From contig NC_043014.1 of NCBI RefSeq assembly GCF_006345805.1, positions 1,860,001 to 1,924,000 of the forward strand: a stretch of DNA of 64,000 nt, given 5' to 3'. Under the pieces are notes generated by a model. That model was not told the DNA's origin and did no database searches. It saw only the letters and a program-made list of their open reading frames with translations. The DNA comes from Octopus sinensis. Its lineage: Eukaryota. Of the stretch, positions 1 through 14,261 are shown piece after piece (positions within the stretch are counted from its first letter, which is position 1; each line of letters starts with the position of its first letter). A program made the position numbers and the translations under genes.

Positions 1-248
1 CATCGCCGTCGTCATCATCATCATCATCGTCGTCGTTGTCATCATCATCATCATCATCATCATCGTTGTCATCATCATCATTATCATCATCATCATTGTC
101 GTTGTCATCATCATCATCTTCATCGTCATCGTCGTCATTGTCATCATCATCATCATCGTTGTCGTCTTCGTTGTCAATGTCATCGTCATCATCATTATTT
201 CCATTATTGTCATCATCATCGTCATTGTCATCATCACTGTTGCTATCA
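1..248. repeat. Imperfect (CAT/CGT)n trinucleotide microsatellite
   Basis: Continuous catcatcat/cgtcgt runs; the poly-Ser ORF is an artefact of this repeat. Confidence 0.95.
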
Positions 249-740
249 TAATTATCATTATTGTTTTAACCCTTTCTTTTCAGGGGCAGGATCTTCTCAA
301 AATTCAAAACCTTTGTATAATGAAGTCTTTCTCTAGAATTTTGGATGTCTTTTTTTTTTCTTTGAGGGAAAGATCATGCAGATATTGACAAACCTTTCGT
401 TAGCTCTTCTGATTTGATTCCAGGACCAATGAGGCAACTGAACTCTTCTCTCACAGGTCCTTACGAAAAGTACTTTTAATACAATGGGGAACCCAAAACC
501 CAAATCAAACACTGCACATGCGAAAAGTGCACAGACTTATGCATGACAGTGCAGCGAAGACACGCAACCAAAGTAAAACTGTTGACTGGAATAGAAAATA
601 GAAAATATTGGCATTAAATAATGCAATTATGGCAGATTGAATGCTGCAGTTGCATCTAATATGCTTCCTGTTGGTATTTGATGCCCCAGGAGACATCCCC
701 ACCCACAACCAGGCATGCTACCCCTTTGCCTTTACCTTCC

Positions 741-744
<4 letters not shown>

Positions 745-792
<48 letters not shown>

Positions 793-854
793 TTTGCGTG
801 GGTATATATGTATATATACATACATACACACATACATATATATGTATATATATA

Positions 855-893
<39 letters not shown>

Positions 894-1290
894 TATATTA
901 TATTATATATACACACACACACACACACATATATATTATATGTATATAAATATATATACATACATATATATATATATATATACTCATACATACATACGTA
1001 TATATATATATATATACATATACACATAATACACACACACATACATATATATGATATATATTATATTTATATTTATATATGTGTGTGTGTTAGTATTTAT
1101 ATATATATGTATATACACAGCTATACATATACATACATACATATATGTGTGTGTGTGTGTGTATGCATATATATATGTAACTGTGCACACACACCTATAT
1201 ATATATATACACACAAATACACAGACATATATATATATACACACACATGGCCCTTCATGCATGTACATGCATGTATGTGTGTGTGTGTGT
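745..1290. repeat. Compound (CT)n/(TA)n/(CA)n microsatellite
   Basis: Dinucleotide mosaic read directly from the sequence. Confidence 0.95.
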
Positions 1291-2165
1291 TATGTTGAAG
1301 TAGTGTGGCAAACCTGATTAGGCTATAGATAATCGACATACGCTTAGTGATTATATTGTGGTCATGGAAATGATGATGATGATGAGAGGAGGAGGAAGTG
1401 GAAGAGAAGGATGACAACGACAGCAACAATGATGATTGCAACAACGATGACGGAGGTAGTGGTGGTGATGATGATAATGATGTGACAAACAATAAGGCAA
1501 TGAAAATTCTTTATTTCTATTGCCATTTGCCTTCCTTAGACTGTGGCCATGCTGGAGCATCCTCTTCAAGGATTTCAGTCAAATACACCAGCTTGAGCTC
1601 TCAGCCTGGGGTTTCAGGTTTTCCAACGTCTATCAATAGAATGGCAGATTTATGTCCCCTAAGAGGGCACGTGTGTGTGTGTGTGTGCGCGTGAGTGTGT
1701 GTCTATAAGGAAATTGTAAAATTTCCCAAGGGTGCCATCTGCAGTAAACACATATAGCAAAGTGCAAGTTGCTTGCTACACTTAGTGTAAATAGCTGAAA
1801 ATATTTCATTATTGATTGAATTTGTAAAGAGAAAGTAAGTCGTCAGGCTTAATGAAGTTTACTCTTAACGGGAACATACCACAGAGTATATGTACATCAC
1901 ATTGTCCCAGGTTCAGTCCTACTGCAAGACACCTTGGGCAAGTAAATTCTACTATAAACCAACCAAACCTTGGGAGTGAAGTTGGTTGACGGAAACAGAT
2001 ATATATATATATATATATATGGGAGAATGGGAGAGAGCGCTAATGATCTAAGTGATATGCTATATATATAAAAAATGTAATATATAAATAAATATCTGTA
2101 AATATAAACCATCTGATCTTCTGATTACCTCATTTCTTCTGAGATATATATATATATATCATCAA

Positions 2166-2265
2166 TCATCATCATCATCATTATCGTTTAACGTCCGCTT
2201 TCCATGCTAGCATGGGTTATATATATATCATGCTAGCATGGAAGCGGATGTTAAACGATGATGAT
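2166..2265. mobile_element. Fold-back of two short RTE-tail-type (family D) fragments in a (TA)n run
   Basis: catcatcgtttaacgtccgctttccatgctagcatg, then a TA spacer, then its near reverse complement catgctagcatggaagcggatgttaaacgatgatg. Confidence 0.75.
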
Positions 2266-2275
2266 ATATATATAT

Positions 2276-2800
<525 letters not shown>

Positions 2801-3374
2801 AGGAAAAGAGAGAGAGATCGAGTGACAGATATATGTAAATGCTTATATGGTGTGTGTGGGTGTGTGTGCAAATATTTGAATTGCTAGTGACATGTCACAA
2901 ATACTGTTTTAGTAATATTTTTTGCAGTTTTTTTTTCCAGCTTGCTAAATAGCTTAACTGCTTTGACACCGATTAAGATATTGATAAAACCCCGAATCCT
3001 TAATAATACTCAGCTAAGGGGATAAAAGAGACTTTAGTTGACAAAAGGAGATACCAGTGGATTTAGAATCAGAGGGAGGCAATGAGAGGGAATATCTGAA
3101 CGGTTCAGGGGGATCAGTTGGTGTAATAAGTGTAAGAATTTCTCTTGATTAACTTCATTCCATCGATGTCATCAAATTTGTGACTTTTCTGTCAAATAAA
3201 TCTTTTAATATATCACATTCTTCCGTGTTAAATACAGGGGGGACATAGCTCAAATGACTTTCTATAATCTGTCTACTACTATAAAGGGTATCGGATATAG
3301 GGAAGAGGAAGATGGGGATCAAATACCAGAAGTGATAAAGTTTGAGGTTTAAAATGAATTATGTTAATAAAAAT

Positions 3375-3375
3375 A

Positions 3376-3415
<40 letters not shown>

Positions 3416-3437
3416 CGACGACGACGACGACGACGAC

Positions 3438-3469
<32 letters not shown>

Positions 3470-3562
3470 CGACGACAATGGCGATGATGATGACGATGAT
3501 GATGATGATGACTATAGTGATGGTGTTGACGACGATGGTGACGACGACGATGATGATGATGA
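3375..3562. repeat. (GAT/GAC)n microsatellite
   Basis: Poly-Asp and poly-Met ORFs derive from it. Confidence 0.95.
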
Positions 3563-4418
3563 TATCCTCAAAGAAATAAGGCCAGATTATCTCATCCGCC
3601 GTAATCGCTCATCATTCTGTACACTTTATAGCATGCAGTTCTCTTTGGTGTTCTCTGAATTTAAATAATAAACCCCTGATTTTGATAGAACAATTTCCCC
3701 ACTTGGATACAGTGAGAGGTGCCGTGTTTTTTAATGATTAATTTCCAGGACCTAGTCCAAAAAATCCCTGAAAATAAAAGAAAAAGGTCAAAAACTGAAA
3801 GAATTATCAAAGATTGTGAACCCTCAGCCACTTTTAGGACACCCTTTATAATATTTGATGCCATTTCAGAATGGCTGTTCCGTTTCAACGGATGTTTCTG
3901 TGAAATTTGAATCCTGAGAGGACTTTTTTTCTTGGAGTTAAAGATACAACCAGCTAGAGGAAATGTCCTCCCAGGGTTAAAAAATTGCAATAACGTCCAT
4001 TCAAATGGCACAGCCTTGTTGAAGTGGTGACAAGCATTACTTGCCAGTACTGTTACAGCATTCATCTCTTACAGAGATTTGATAATTAGCTTCTTTGCTT
4101 ATATATATAATATATATATTATATAAGCAAACCCGGAACTGTGTGGTTGGTAAACAAGCTACTTACCACACAGCCACTCCTGCACCCATATATATATATA
4201 TATATATTATATATATTATATATATATATATATATACATACACACACACACACTTTATTAATTAATCTGCAAAGACAACACAAAAACTGTTACTCAGAGT
4301 TTCATGTTTCTATTCATCAGACAGAAAAACTGTCCAACAAACAGAAACATGAAACAGATTTTGTGATGTCTTTGCAGCTTAACTAATAAAGCATATTACT
4401 CTACCTCCGGTATGTGTG

Positions 4419-4471
<53 letters not shown>

Positions 4472-4938
4472 CAGCTTTTTTTTTGTTTTAGACTAGCAAA
4501 TTTACTCACCAGGATTCAGTTGGCCTGGGGCTATAGTAGAAGAAACCCCAGATGCCACACTACAGTGGGATTGAACCTGAAACTATGTGGTTGGGAAGCA
4601 AACTTGTTGCCACACAGCCATTCCTATATAACTATGTAAATGTAATCATACACCTATGGAACTATACATGCTTAAAACTATACAATTATATAACTACAAC
4701 ACTATAGAACTGTGAAATTATATACAACTCGGTAAGAATATAACTTTACAACTATTTCTGAGCGAGAAATATATTGTAAGAATACCCTGAATGCAACGTG
4801 GCATTTGTACACAGGACGATGTTACTACTTTTTAACCCCAGGAAAACATCTTTTCCAGCTATGAAGCTAACTATAGATCGTTAGCCACTACACACATTTT
4901 TTTCTCTCCTTGTTTCTCTCCTTGTTTTTTCTGTGTCC

Positions 4939-4974
4939 CTTTCTGTAGAAGAGCGTAGGCTCGAAACGTAAAAG
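4939..4974 (+). ncRNA. Minimal hammerhead-like motif with A6U core variant
   Basis: CUUU-CUGUAGA-A-GAGC(GUAG)GCUC-GAA-ACGU-A-AAAG: helix I 4 bp, helix II 4 bp, palindromic ACGU in place of helix III. Confidence 0.5.
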
Positions 4975-5064
4975 ACTTTTTCTATTCCTGAGCGTTATAC
5001 TAATACATCTGTTTGTTTTGTACACCACCTGTCTTCTTTGTCTTTTGTTTTTTTCGTAAACTCT

Positions 5065-5109
<45 letters not shown>

Positions 5110-5162
5110 AGATCGTTAGCCACTACACACATTTTTTTCTCTCCTTGTTTCTTTCTGTGTCC

Positions 5163-5198
5163 CTTTCTGTAAAAGAGCGTAGGCTCGAAACGTAAAAG
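5163..5198 (+). ncRNA. Second copy of the hammerhead-like motif (additional G8A change)
   Basis: CUUU-CUGUAAA-A-GAGC(GUAG)GCUC-GAA-ACGU-A-AAAG. Confidence 0.35.
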
Positions 5199-5864
5199 AC
5201 TTTTTCTATTCCTGAGCGTTATACTAATACATCTGTTTGTTTTGTACACCAACTGTCTTCGTCTTTTGTTTTTTTCGTAGACTCTCCCTAACTATATAAC
5301 CATTTAGCTATAGGTTACATCAGAGATGCTTTTCCCCATACAGAAATTGCAGGAGCTACTCAGAGGTTTTGTAAGCTATTCTAAGTCCCTTGCAATGCTG
5401 GGAATCCTTCCGTAGTTAATATTTTTCAGGGTTACAAGTGTTTTGCTCCTTAGCCTGTACACTTCACCTAGGTTGGGCAATGAGGACTGAGCTAGTCTTT
5501 ACCTACAGAAGGGTTCTGCTTGTGGTCTTTTATCAGCAACTTCTGGGTGGATCTGTTAGGTCTGTTCAAATATTCTTCAGAAAGCCATTCATTGTATTTT
5601 GTCTTGCTGTAGACAAATTGGGGTAAATCCACTGAGTCAGTGTATAGTACTCTTTAATCAGACTGTGCGATGCATGCATTTTGGAGTGGCTGTCTCCTTT
5701 TCAGCCAGAAAGATCAGGAAGGTTTACATACATATATCCTGAACGATTGCTTGGAGATGCATGGCATGTTCTAGAAATCTGACAAATTATTGTATTGCTA
5801 TGGCATGAAACTATTTGTGATTAGTCACCCTCTTTAAAATTCTGTGTATGTATGATTATATCTA

Positions 5865-6330
5865 TGGAGGCACATGGCCTAGTGGTTTGGGTGCCAGCAT
5901 CATGATTGTAAGATTGTGGTTTCGATTCCTGGACCGGGTGACGCGTTGTGTTCTTGTGCAAAACACTTCGTTTTATGTTGCTCCAGTCCACTCAGCTGGC
6001 AAAAATGAGTAACGCTGCGATGGACTGATGTCCCATCCAGCTGGGGAACACATACGCCATGGAAACCGGGAAACCGGGCCCAGGAGCCTGGTTAGGCTTT
6101 AAGAAGGGCACATTTATATTTTTTATTATATTATGGACACACACACAGACACACGCACACATACATTCACACACACCCATACTTACACACATACTTACAC
6201 ACACACACACTTATACAAAAATGGGTAACGCTGCGATTGACTGGCGTCCCGTCCAGCTGGGGAACACATACACCATTGAAACCGGGAAACTGGGCCCATG
6301 AGCCTTGCTAGGCTTTAAAAGGGAGCATAC
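5865..6330 (+). mobile_element. tRNA-derived SINE (family C) with a second copy of its 3' module
   Basis: A-box TGGCCTAGTGG, B-box GTTTCGATTCC, body gtgttcttgtgcaaaacactt; the 3' module recurs at about 6218-6330; homologous to 20956-21216. Confidence 0.8.
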
Positions 6331-7085
6331 ATTTTTGATTACGAATATATCTATCTCTCACCACACAGAGTACATTTTTTGAAATGAAACCAGCAGATTC
6401 TGGTACGAGCTAAGAGGTCAATGTGTTATCGTTTAATGTATATCTTTTTCCCTGATGATATTTTGCTCACATCTTATAAATGTCAATTTAAAGCATAAAT
6501 TTGTAATTTATTTAATGAGTACAAATAGAAACAGCTGTAGGAAGTAAGGATTATCAATTTATTAATAAATAATTATTAACTTTCAACTCACCATTTTCTT
6601 TTCTTTTATTAATTGAATATAGATGATATGCTTAATATATACCCATTGATTTAGGGAAATTTCCCAAAAATATTTGGTATAGAACCAATGTTTTCTTAGA
6701 TGCAATCATCCCTTTAAGAGGTTGATATATCCTCTAATTAACTTATATCAAAGTCGTATGACGCCCCCGTATCATTCCTGTTTTTATTCGTTACTGTAAA
6801 TTTTATCTTCGTCTCTTGTTTTCCTGTTCGTCTCGACTGTCACATTCTTTCCTTCTACCAAGCAAATCTAATGCCCATAGCTTAGCTTTTCCTTGGGGCT
6901 GGCCCTTTCGGAGCAAATCTCAGAATTAAACAGCCGAAATTTGCCATGATGAATCGGTTTCTGACTGAAGAATGAAGGCTCTGAATTACTGTCCGTTTTT
7001 TCCGTGTTGTCAATTTGTGAATTTCACGTCCTTTATATATAAGTTTTATTATATATATATATATATATATAATATATATATATAT

Positions 7086-7133
<48 letters not shown>

Positions 7134-7173
7134 TATATATATATATAGGGCATCCAGCTGTAGAAACACTGCC

Positions 7174-7273
7174 NNNNNNNNNNNNNNNNNNNNNNNNNNN
7201 NNNNNNNNNNNNNNNNNNNNNNNNNNNNNNNNNNNNNNNNNNNNNNNNNNNNNNNNNNNNNNNNNNNNNNNNN
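7174..7273. other. Assembly gap (100 N)
   Basis: Run of N. Confidence 1.
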
Positions 7274-7293
7274 TACGAGAGAGGTGAGAGAGT

Positions 7294-7349
<56 letters not shown>

Positions 7350-7677
7350 AAGCCACCAGAGACCTCATAGTCTTTCATGCTAAACAGTTCATCTGTTTAT
7401 TTAACCGGGATTTATTATACCCAAGGCATCAGAAGAACACAACCCAATTTCGCTTTATTGCATATCCACTAAAACATACCGCAATACACGCACGCGCCCA
7501 CACGCATACATCTACGCACTAACACACACACACACACACACGCACATACACACACGCATGCACATACACACACGCACGCACGCACGTACGCACGCACACT
7601 TCGAGGGGATATTTTCAAGGATAAAACACCACAAGAATGCCTATTTCGGCGAACAATAGAACTTTGGAAGTTTGATG

Positions 7678-7712
<35 letters not shown>

Positions 7713-8070
7713 CCTATTACTCGTTCATTGGTCAATGCTACCAAACTAATTTACATATTCATGAGCCTATAATACATTCATATGACGTTGTAATTTATGA
7801 TAACTTAGCAAGGTAACTCAGTACGGATAACGTTCCAGGCATTTTCTTGAGATTTCGTGTAGGAGAAGACGATGAGAAAATAACCTGCGGTTCTTTGTTC
7901 TGATTCTCTGCACTGTAAGTTCAAATCCTGCTGAAGTCAGCTCAGCCGTTTGTTCTTTCGGGATCGATAAAAAAATTTCCAGTCCAGAGCGATGGATTGT
8001 CAGAACTATTAGAAGATCAGGAAAGATACCTTGTGGTGTTTGTGTAGGCCCTTTCGATTCTGACAGTAAA

Positions 8071-8673
8071 GAAATACCTATTTCTTTACTACCCACAAAG
8101 GGGCTAAACACAGAAGGGCCAAACAAGGACAGACAAACGGATTAAGTCGATTATATCGATCCCAGTGCGTAACTGGTACTTAACTTATCGACCCCGAAAG
8201 GATGAAAGGCGAAGTCGACCTCGGCGGAATTTGAACTCAGAACGTAACGGCAGACGAAATACCTATTTCTTTACTACCCACAAGGGACTAAACACAGAGG
8301 GGACAAACAAGGAAAGACAAACGGATTGAGTCGATTAGATCGAACTCAGTGTGTAACTGGTACGTATTTAAATCGACCCCGAAAGAATGAAAGGCAAAGT
8401 CGACCTCGGCGGAATTTGAACTCAGAGCATAAAGACAAACGAAATACCTATTTCTTTACTACCCACAAGGGGCTAAACACAGAGAGGACAAACAAGGACA
8501 GACAAACGGATTAAGTCGATTATATCGACCCCAGTGCGTAACTGGTACTTATTTAATCGACCCTGAAAGGATGAAAGGCGAAGTCGACCTCAGCGGAATT
8601 TGAACTCAGAACGTAACGGCAGACGAAATACGGCTACGCATTTCGCCCGGCGTGCTAACGTTTCTGCCAGCTC
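8071..8673 (-). mobile_element. SINE family B: one head plus three tandem 184-185-bp units
   Basis: Units start at gaaatacc 8071, 8256 and 8441; tRNA-like head (reverse complement gagctggcagaaacgttagcacgccgggcgaaatg) at 8625-8673. Confidence 0.9.
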
Positions 8674-9183
8674 ACCTCGGACATCTATACACTGCGTCTA
8701 TCTTGTCAACCGCGCTCCACTACATCAATGCAGTGATTATCTCTCCTGTGCGTCTGCCTCGTAGACAATTTCTACTCAGTCAACCTCTGTTCCCTGCTAT
8801 ACACTCAACGTCCATATGCTGTGCTCTGTTTCACAGCATCTACACACTGTATCTATCTAGATATCTATGCTGTACTTCCATCAAGTCAACATCGACTCAC
8901 CGTGTCTCTGCAGCGAACATCTACGCACGATATCTACCAAGATGACACCAACGCACCGTCCATCCCTCTGCTCACCGTGTCTGTCTCGATGTCTACGCGG
9001 TGTCCACCTGGACAACATCCACAAGACTGTCTCTGTCTAATTTTCTTATTTATCATTTATCAATTCCCTCATTTATCAATCTATTCATGTGTGTAGAATA
9101 TTCCAGCGTCACGCTCGTATTACGCTTCAGCCATTATCAATTAGCGTCAAACAAACTGTGCTGTGGGCCGCCTCTCCACTTCT

Positions 9184-9680
9184 ACACCACCACCACCACC
9201 ACCACCATCACCATCACCGCCGCCGCCGCCGCCGCCGCCGCGCCGCCGCCGCCGCCGCCACCAACCACCACTACCACCACCACCACTACCACCACCACCA
9301 CTACCACCACCACCACCACTACCACCACCACCACCGCCGCCATCAACCCTTATCACAACTTCTACTCTCACCTCTACCATAATGTCTACCACCACCATCA
9401 CCTACCACCACCACCACCACCACCACCGCCGCTATCAACCCTTATCCCAACTTCTACTGTCACCTCTACCACAATGTCTTCCACTACCACCACCATCACC
9501 TACCACCACCACCACCACTACCACCACCACCACCACCACCACCACCGCCGCTATCAACCCTTATCCCAACTTCTACTCTCACCTCTACCACAATGTCTTC
9601 CACCACCACCAACACCGCCGCCATCAACCCTTATCACAACTTCTACTCTCACCTCTACCAAAATTTCTACCACCACCTCT
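9184..9680. repeat. Composite minisatellite: ~55-bp unit x4 separated by variable (ACC/GCC)n
   Basis: ccgccgc(c/t)atcaacccttatc(a/c)caacttctact(c/g)tcacctctacca at about 9334, 9426, 9545 and 9615. Confidence 0.85.
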
Positions 9681-10199
9681 CTCACTCTATTCAAATCTTC
9701 TACAGGCCGCCATTACTGGACGTTAATGGACAATGCAGTCGGCTGTTGTCACCACACCTTCCTCTTCACTTTTGTTAATCAGAATCCTTTTAGTTTGTTA
9801 AGCAAAAACAAACACACAAAAAACAAACCATAACGTTAACAATAAGAGCAACAACAACACCACCAGCAACAACAATCACAACAGAGATGAGGAGATGCGA
9901 TAAACTGAACTGAAATGGAATGGAAAGCTGCTGTGCAATGGAGTTTAAATAAGGTGAATTGCTGTTGAATGGATGAATTCATTGCGGCAGACGACAGTTG
10001 AAATATTCCGCCATTGTCTTATTTAATGGCGATACTTTTATTGATGTTAGGAAAGTGCAGCCCGTTTCTAGTTCACTTTATCTACAGCACGGAACTCTCT
10101 TGTTGGTATTGTTGTTGCTGTTGCTGCTGTTGCTAGTAGTTGATGTCAGCCATTTTTTGTAGGTGTCCCCGTTTCTGTTGGTGTTGTTGTTCTTGTTGA

Positions 10200-10392
10200 G
10201 CAACAAGACGGGTAATGATGATTAGGTGATGGTCTAGGGCTTAGGGGGCGGGAGACCCCAGACCTTGGAAAAAAAAAACTTTGGTCGTCTTGTTGTAGTC
10301 GAGGGCTCTTCGTTGACGTCCGACACCACTGGAAGGTGGCCCTCGAAGTCGCTGGAAATGGAGATCTCCAGGTCCAAATTCTTGGACGGCTG
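10200..10392 (-). mobile_element. ~200-bp structured retroposed element with (AAC)n tail, copy 1
   Basis: Closely similar to 36721-36939, which has a 13-bp TSD. Confidence 0.7.
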
Positions 10393-10395
10393 CTG

Positions 10396-10427
<32 letters not shown>

Positions 10428-10514
10428 GTTGTCGCAATTTAGTTCTGCTGTTCTATCGTGGTTAGCGTTGTTAATGTTGTTGTTATCTACAATACTGTTA
10501 TTACTAGTATTGTC

Positions 10515-11390
10515 GAGCTGGCAGGATCGTTAGCACGCCGGACAAAGTGCTTAGCAGCATTTCATCCGACTCATTACGTTCTGAGTTCAAATTCTACCGG
10601 GGTCGACTTTACCTTCTATCCTTTCGAGGGCGGTACAATAAGTACCAGTTGAGGACTGGAGGATGATGTAATCGACTGCCTTCCATCGTCAGCGCGTCGA
10701 ACAAAATGCCCAACGGCATTTCATCTGACTTATTACGTTCTGAGTTCAAATTCCGCCGAGGTTGACTTTGTGTTTCATTTTTTGCGGTAGATAAAATAAG
10801 TACCAGTAATGCACTGGGGTCGATGTATTGTTCTACTTACCCCCCATCCCCACACCACCAGCACCAAATTGATAACCTGATGTGAAATCATTGTGTTGTT
10901 GTTGTTGTTGTTGTTGTTGTTGCCGTCGTTGTCGTCGTCGTTGTTGTTGTTGTTGTTGTGGAGGTGGAAAGCTGGCGGAATCGTTAGAGCGTCGGCAAAA
11001 AGCTCTTTTAGTTCCGAGTTCAAATCCCAGTAGAGGTAAACTTTTTCTTTCGTCAAAATAAAGAAGCAGTTTAATAAGGAAGTCAGTGATAACGACTAGC
11101 CCCTCCCCTCGAAACCGCTAGCACAGCCTTGTGCCGGAATTTGAAACAGTTATTAGTGTTGCTGTTGTTGTTAACACAGCGAGTTTACAGAATCGTGAGA
11201 GCGTCGAACAAAATGCCTTTCGGTAGTTTTCTGGCTCTTTACAATCTGGGTTCAAATCTCGTTGAGGTGAGCTTTGCCTTTCATCCCTCCGGGGTAGATA
11301 AAATAAAGTACCTATCAAGTATTGAGATTCTGAATAATCGACTAGCCCCCTCCCCTCAAAATGCTATCCTTGTGCCTGTATTGGAAGCGA
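10515..11390 (+). mobile_element. Cluster of degraded family B SINE copies interspersed with (GTT)n
   Basis: Repeated gttcaaat(t/c)c...gtcgact...cctttcatcc motifs near 10515, 10700, 10970 and 11180. Confidence 0.7.
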
Positions 11391-12019
11391 ATTGTCAGTG
11401 GTGTTTGTGTTGTTGTTGCTGCTGTTGTTGTCGTTAGGGTCTTTGGTGTTGTTGTTGTTGTTGTTGTTGTTGTCGTCTCTTATGAAAACAGTTCGAAATA
11501 AGAATCTCCATAGCAACTCTCAACGCTATCCATGCCACCCCATGCCACCCCCATGCCACTCCCATGCTACCCCTATGCTACCCGGATCCGGTTGATGCAA
11601 ACCGCAGAACGGGATACATGACACGTCTGTCGTCGTACTCGACACAGCCACATGTTGTAACCGGAGATGAGGGTGACGAGGCTGCTGCTGCTGCCGCTGA
11701 TGATGATGATGCTGATGCTGCTGATGATGATGCTGACGAAGACAACGGCGACGATGATGATGACGACGATGATGACGATGATGACGATGATGACGATGAT
11801 GATAATGTCGATGGTATTCTTAGTGTTAACATTATTCTTGCTAGTGCAGTTGCTGTTAGTGGTCTTGCGTTCAGTCCCAGTACTCGGTCTCTTGGGCAAG
11901 TGTCTTCTACTACAGCCCTGGGCCGACCAATGCCTTGGGAAGGGATTTGGTGGACAGCAAACAGCATGGTGCCCAACCACGCTCTTTTAAGTAATACAAT
12001 ATGTAACTCCTTATGGCGG

Positions 12020-12735
12020 CGAGTTGGCAGAAACGTTAGCACGCAGTTCAAATTCCGCCGAGGTCGACTTTGCCTTTCATCCTTTCGGGGTCGATTAAAT
12101 AAGTACCAGTTACGCACTGGGGTTGATGTAATCGACTTAATACCTATGTCTGTCCTTGTTTGTCCCCTCTGTGTTTAGCCCCTTGTGGGTAATAAAGAAA
12201 TGGGTATTTCGTCCGTCTTTACGTTCTGAGTTCAAATTCCGCCGAGGTCGACTTTGCCTTTCATCCTTTCGGGTTCGATTAAATAAGTACCAGTTACGCA
12301 CTGGGGTCGATATAATCGACTTAATCCGTTTGTCTGTCCTTGTTTGTCCCCTCTGTGTTTAGCCCCTTGTGGGTAATAAAGAAATGGGTATTTCGTCTGC
12401 TGCTACGTTCTGAGTTCAAATTCCGCCGAGGTCGACTTTGCCTTTCATCCTTTCGGGGTCGATAAATTAAGTACCAGTTACGCACTGAGGTCGATATAAT
12501 CGACTTAATCCGTTTGTCTGTCCTTGTTTGTCCTCTCTGTGTTTAGCCCCTTGTGGGTAATAAAGAAATAGGTGTTTCGTCTGACTTATAACGTTCTGAG
12601 TTCAAATTCCACCGAGGTCGACCTTGCCTTTCATCCTTTCGGCATCGATAAATTAGGTACCAGTTGCGTACTGAGGTCGATGTAATCGACAAGCTCCCTC
12701 CCCGAAAATGTCGGGCCTTGTGCCTAGAGCAGAAA
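12020..12735 (+). mobile_element. SINE family B: deleted head plus four tandem units (184-bp period); last unit has an alternative tail
   Basis: Junctions gt(a/g)tttcgtc at 12204, 12388 and 12572; last unit ends ccctcccccgaaaatgtcgggccttgtgcctagag. Confidence 0.9.
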
Positions 12736-13374
12736 AGAATATGTCGATGCTGAATGAAAAGACATGAAGTATAGCCATTGTCTAGAGAGACACGGTGTAG
12801 ATGTTGTAATGATAAAGACAGTGTGTAGCCGTTGAGTGTGTAGACACAGTATGTAGATGTTGACTGGACGGACACAGTGACGGGATGGACAGTGCGTAGA
12901 TAATGTGTGTGGGTGGGTGTGTTAATTGCGCACACACAGTGTCCAGTAGATGGATGGACACACTAGTTATATGTCTAATTGCTGGCTGTATAGTCGGACA
13001 GCGTGTAGATACTGACTGGGCAACAGAGATTTCGTTAGTTTTCGCTAGACAGATGGGAGCAATGTCAAGATGCTGAATGGATAGATGAATACATCGCGCA
13101 AATATTAAGAGGAGAGGCAGACAAGTGTGTAGATGTTGATTTGAATACATTGTGTGTGTAGGTTGACTTGACACAATATATAACTGGGAACCAGAGAGAT
13201 GCTGTGTGTTGGTGCTGTCTGTATACATAGACAGTGTGTAGATATTGACTAGACAGACTAACACAATGCACATGTATATATAGCAGCTGGTTAGAGGGAT
13301 ACAGAGTGCAGATGCTGACTAGATACACAAACGGAGTGCGTAGGTTGGCTTGACACAATATATAACTGTGAACT

Positions 13375-14135
<761 letters not shown>

Positions 14136-14261
14136 GCCGTCGTGAAGAGACGGACACGGTGTTTAGATGCTGAATAGAAACAATGTAGTTATTGATTGAA
14201 GAGGTAGCCATGTTGTGGAAATATTTGTTAGACATAGAGACAGAGTCTCCGGGGAAGAAAA

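Larger units (their letters stand above)
4876..5287 (+). mobile_element. Tandem dimer of a ~190-bp unit carrying a hammerhead-like motif (Penelope pLTR/retrozyme-like)
   Basis: Two near-identical units (from about 4873 and 5108) separated by (TA)n; 9-bp direct repeat CTAACTATA at 4867-4875 and 5288-5296. Confidence 0.65.

Noticed and set aside
2900-4070. Unique-looking AT-rich stretches with a 134-aa minus-strand ORF (3661-4065)
   Set aside because: No recognisable motif or consistent splice signals; possibly very old retroelement debris, but this cannot be supported.
9000-9833. 277-aa Thr/Pro/His-rich ORF resembling a mucin
   Set aside because: Built from ACC/GCC repeats; several frames on both strands are equally open.
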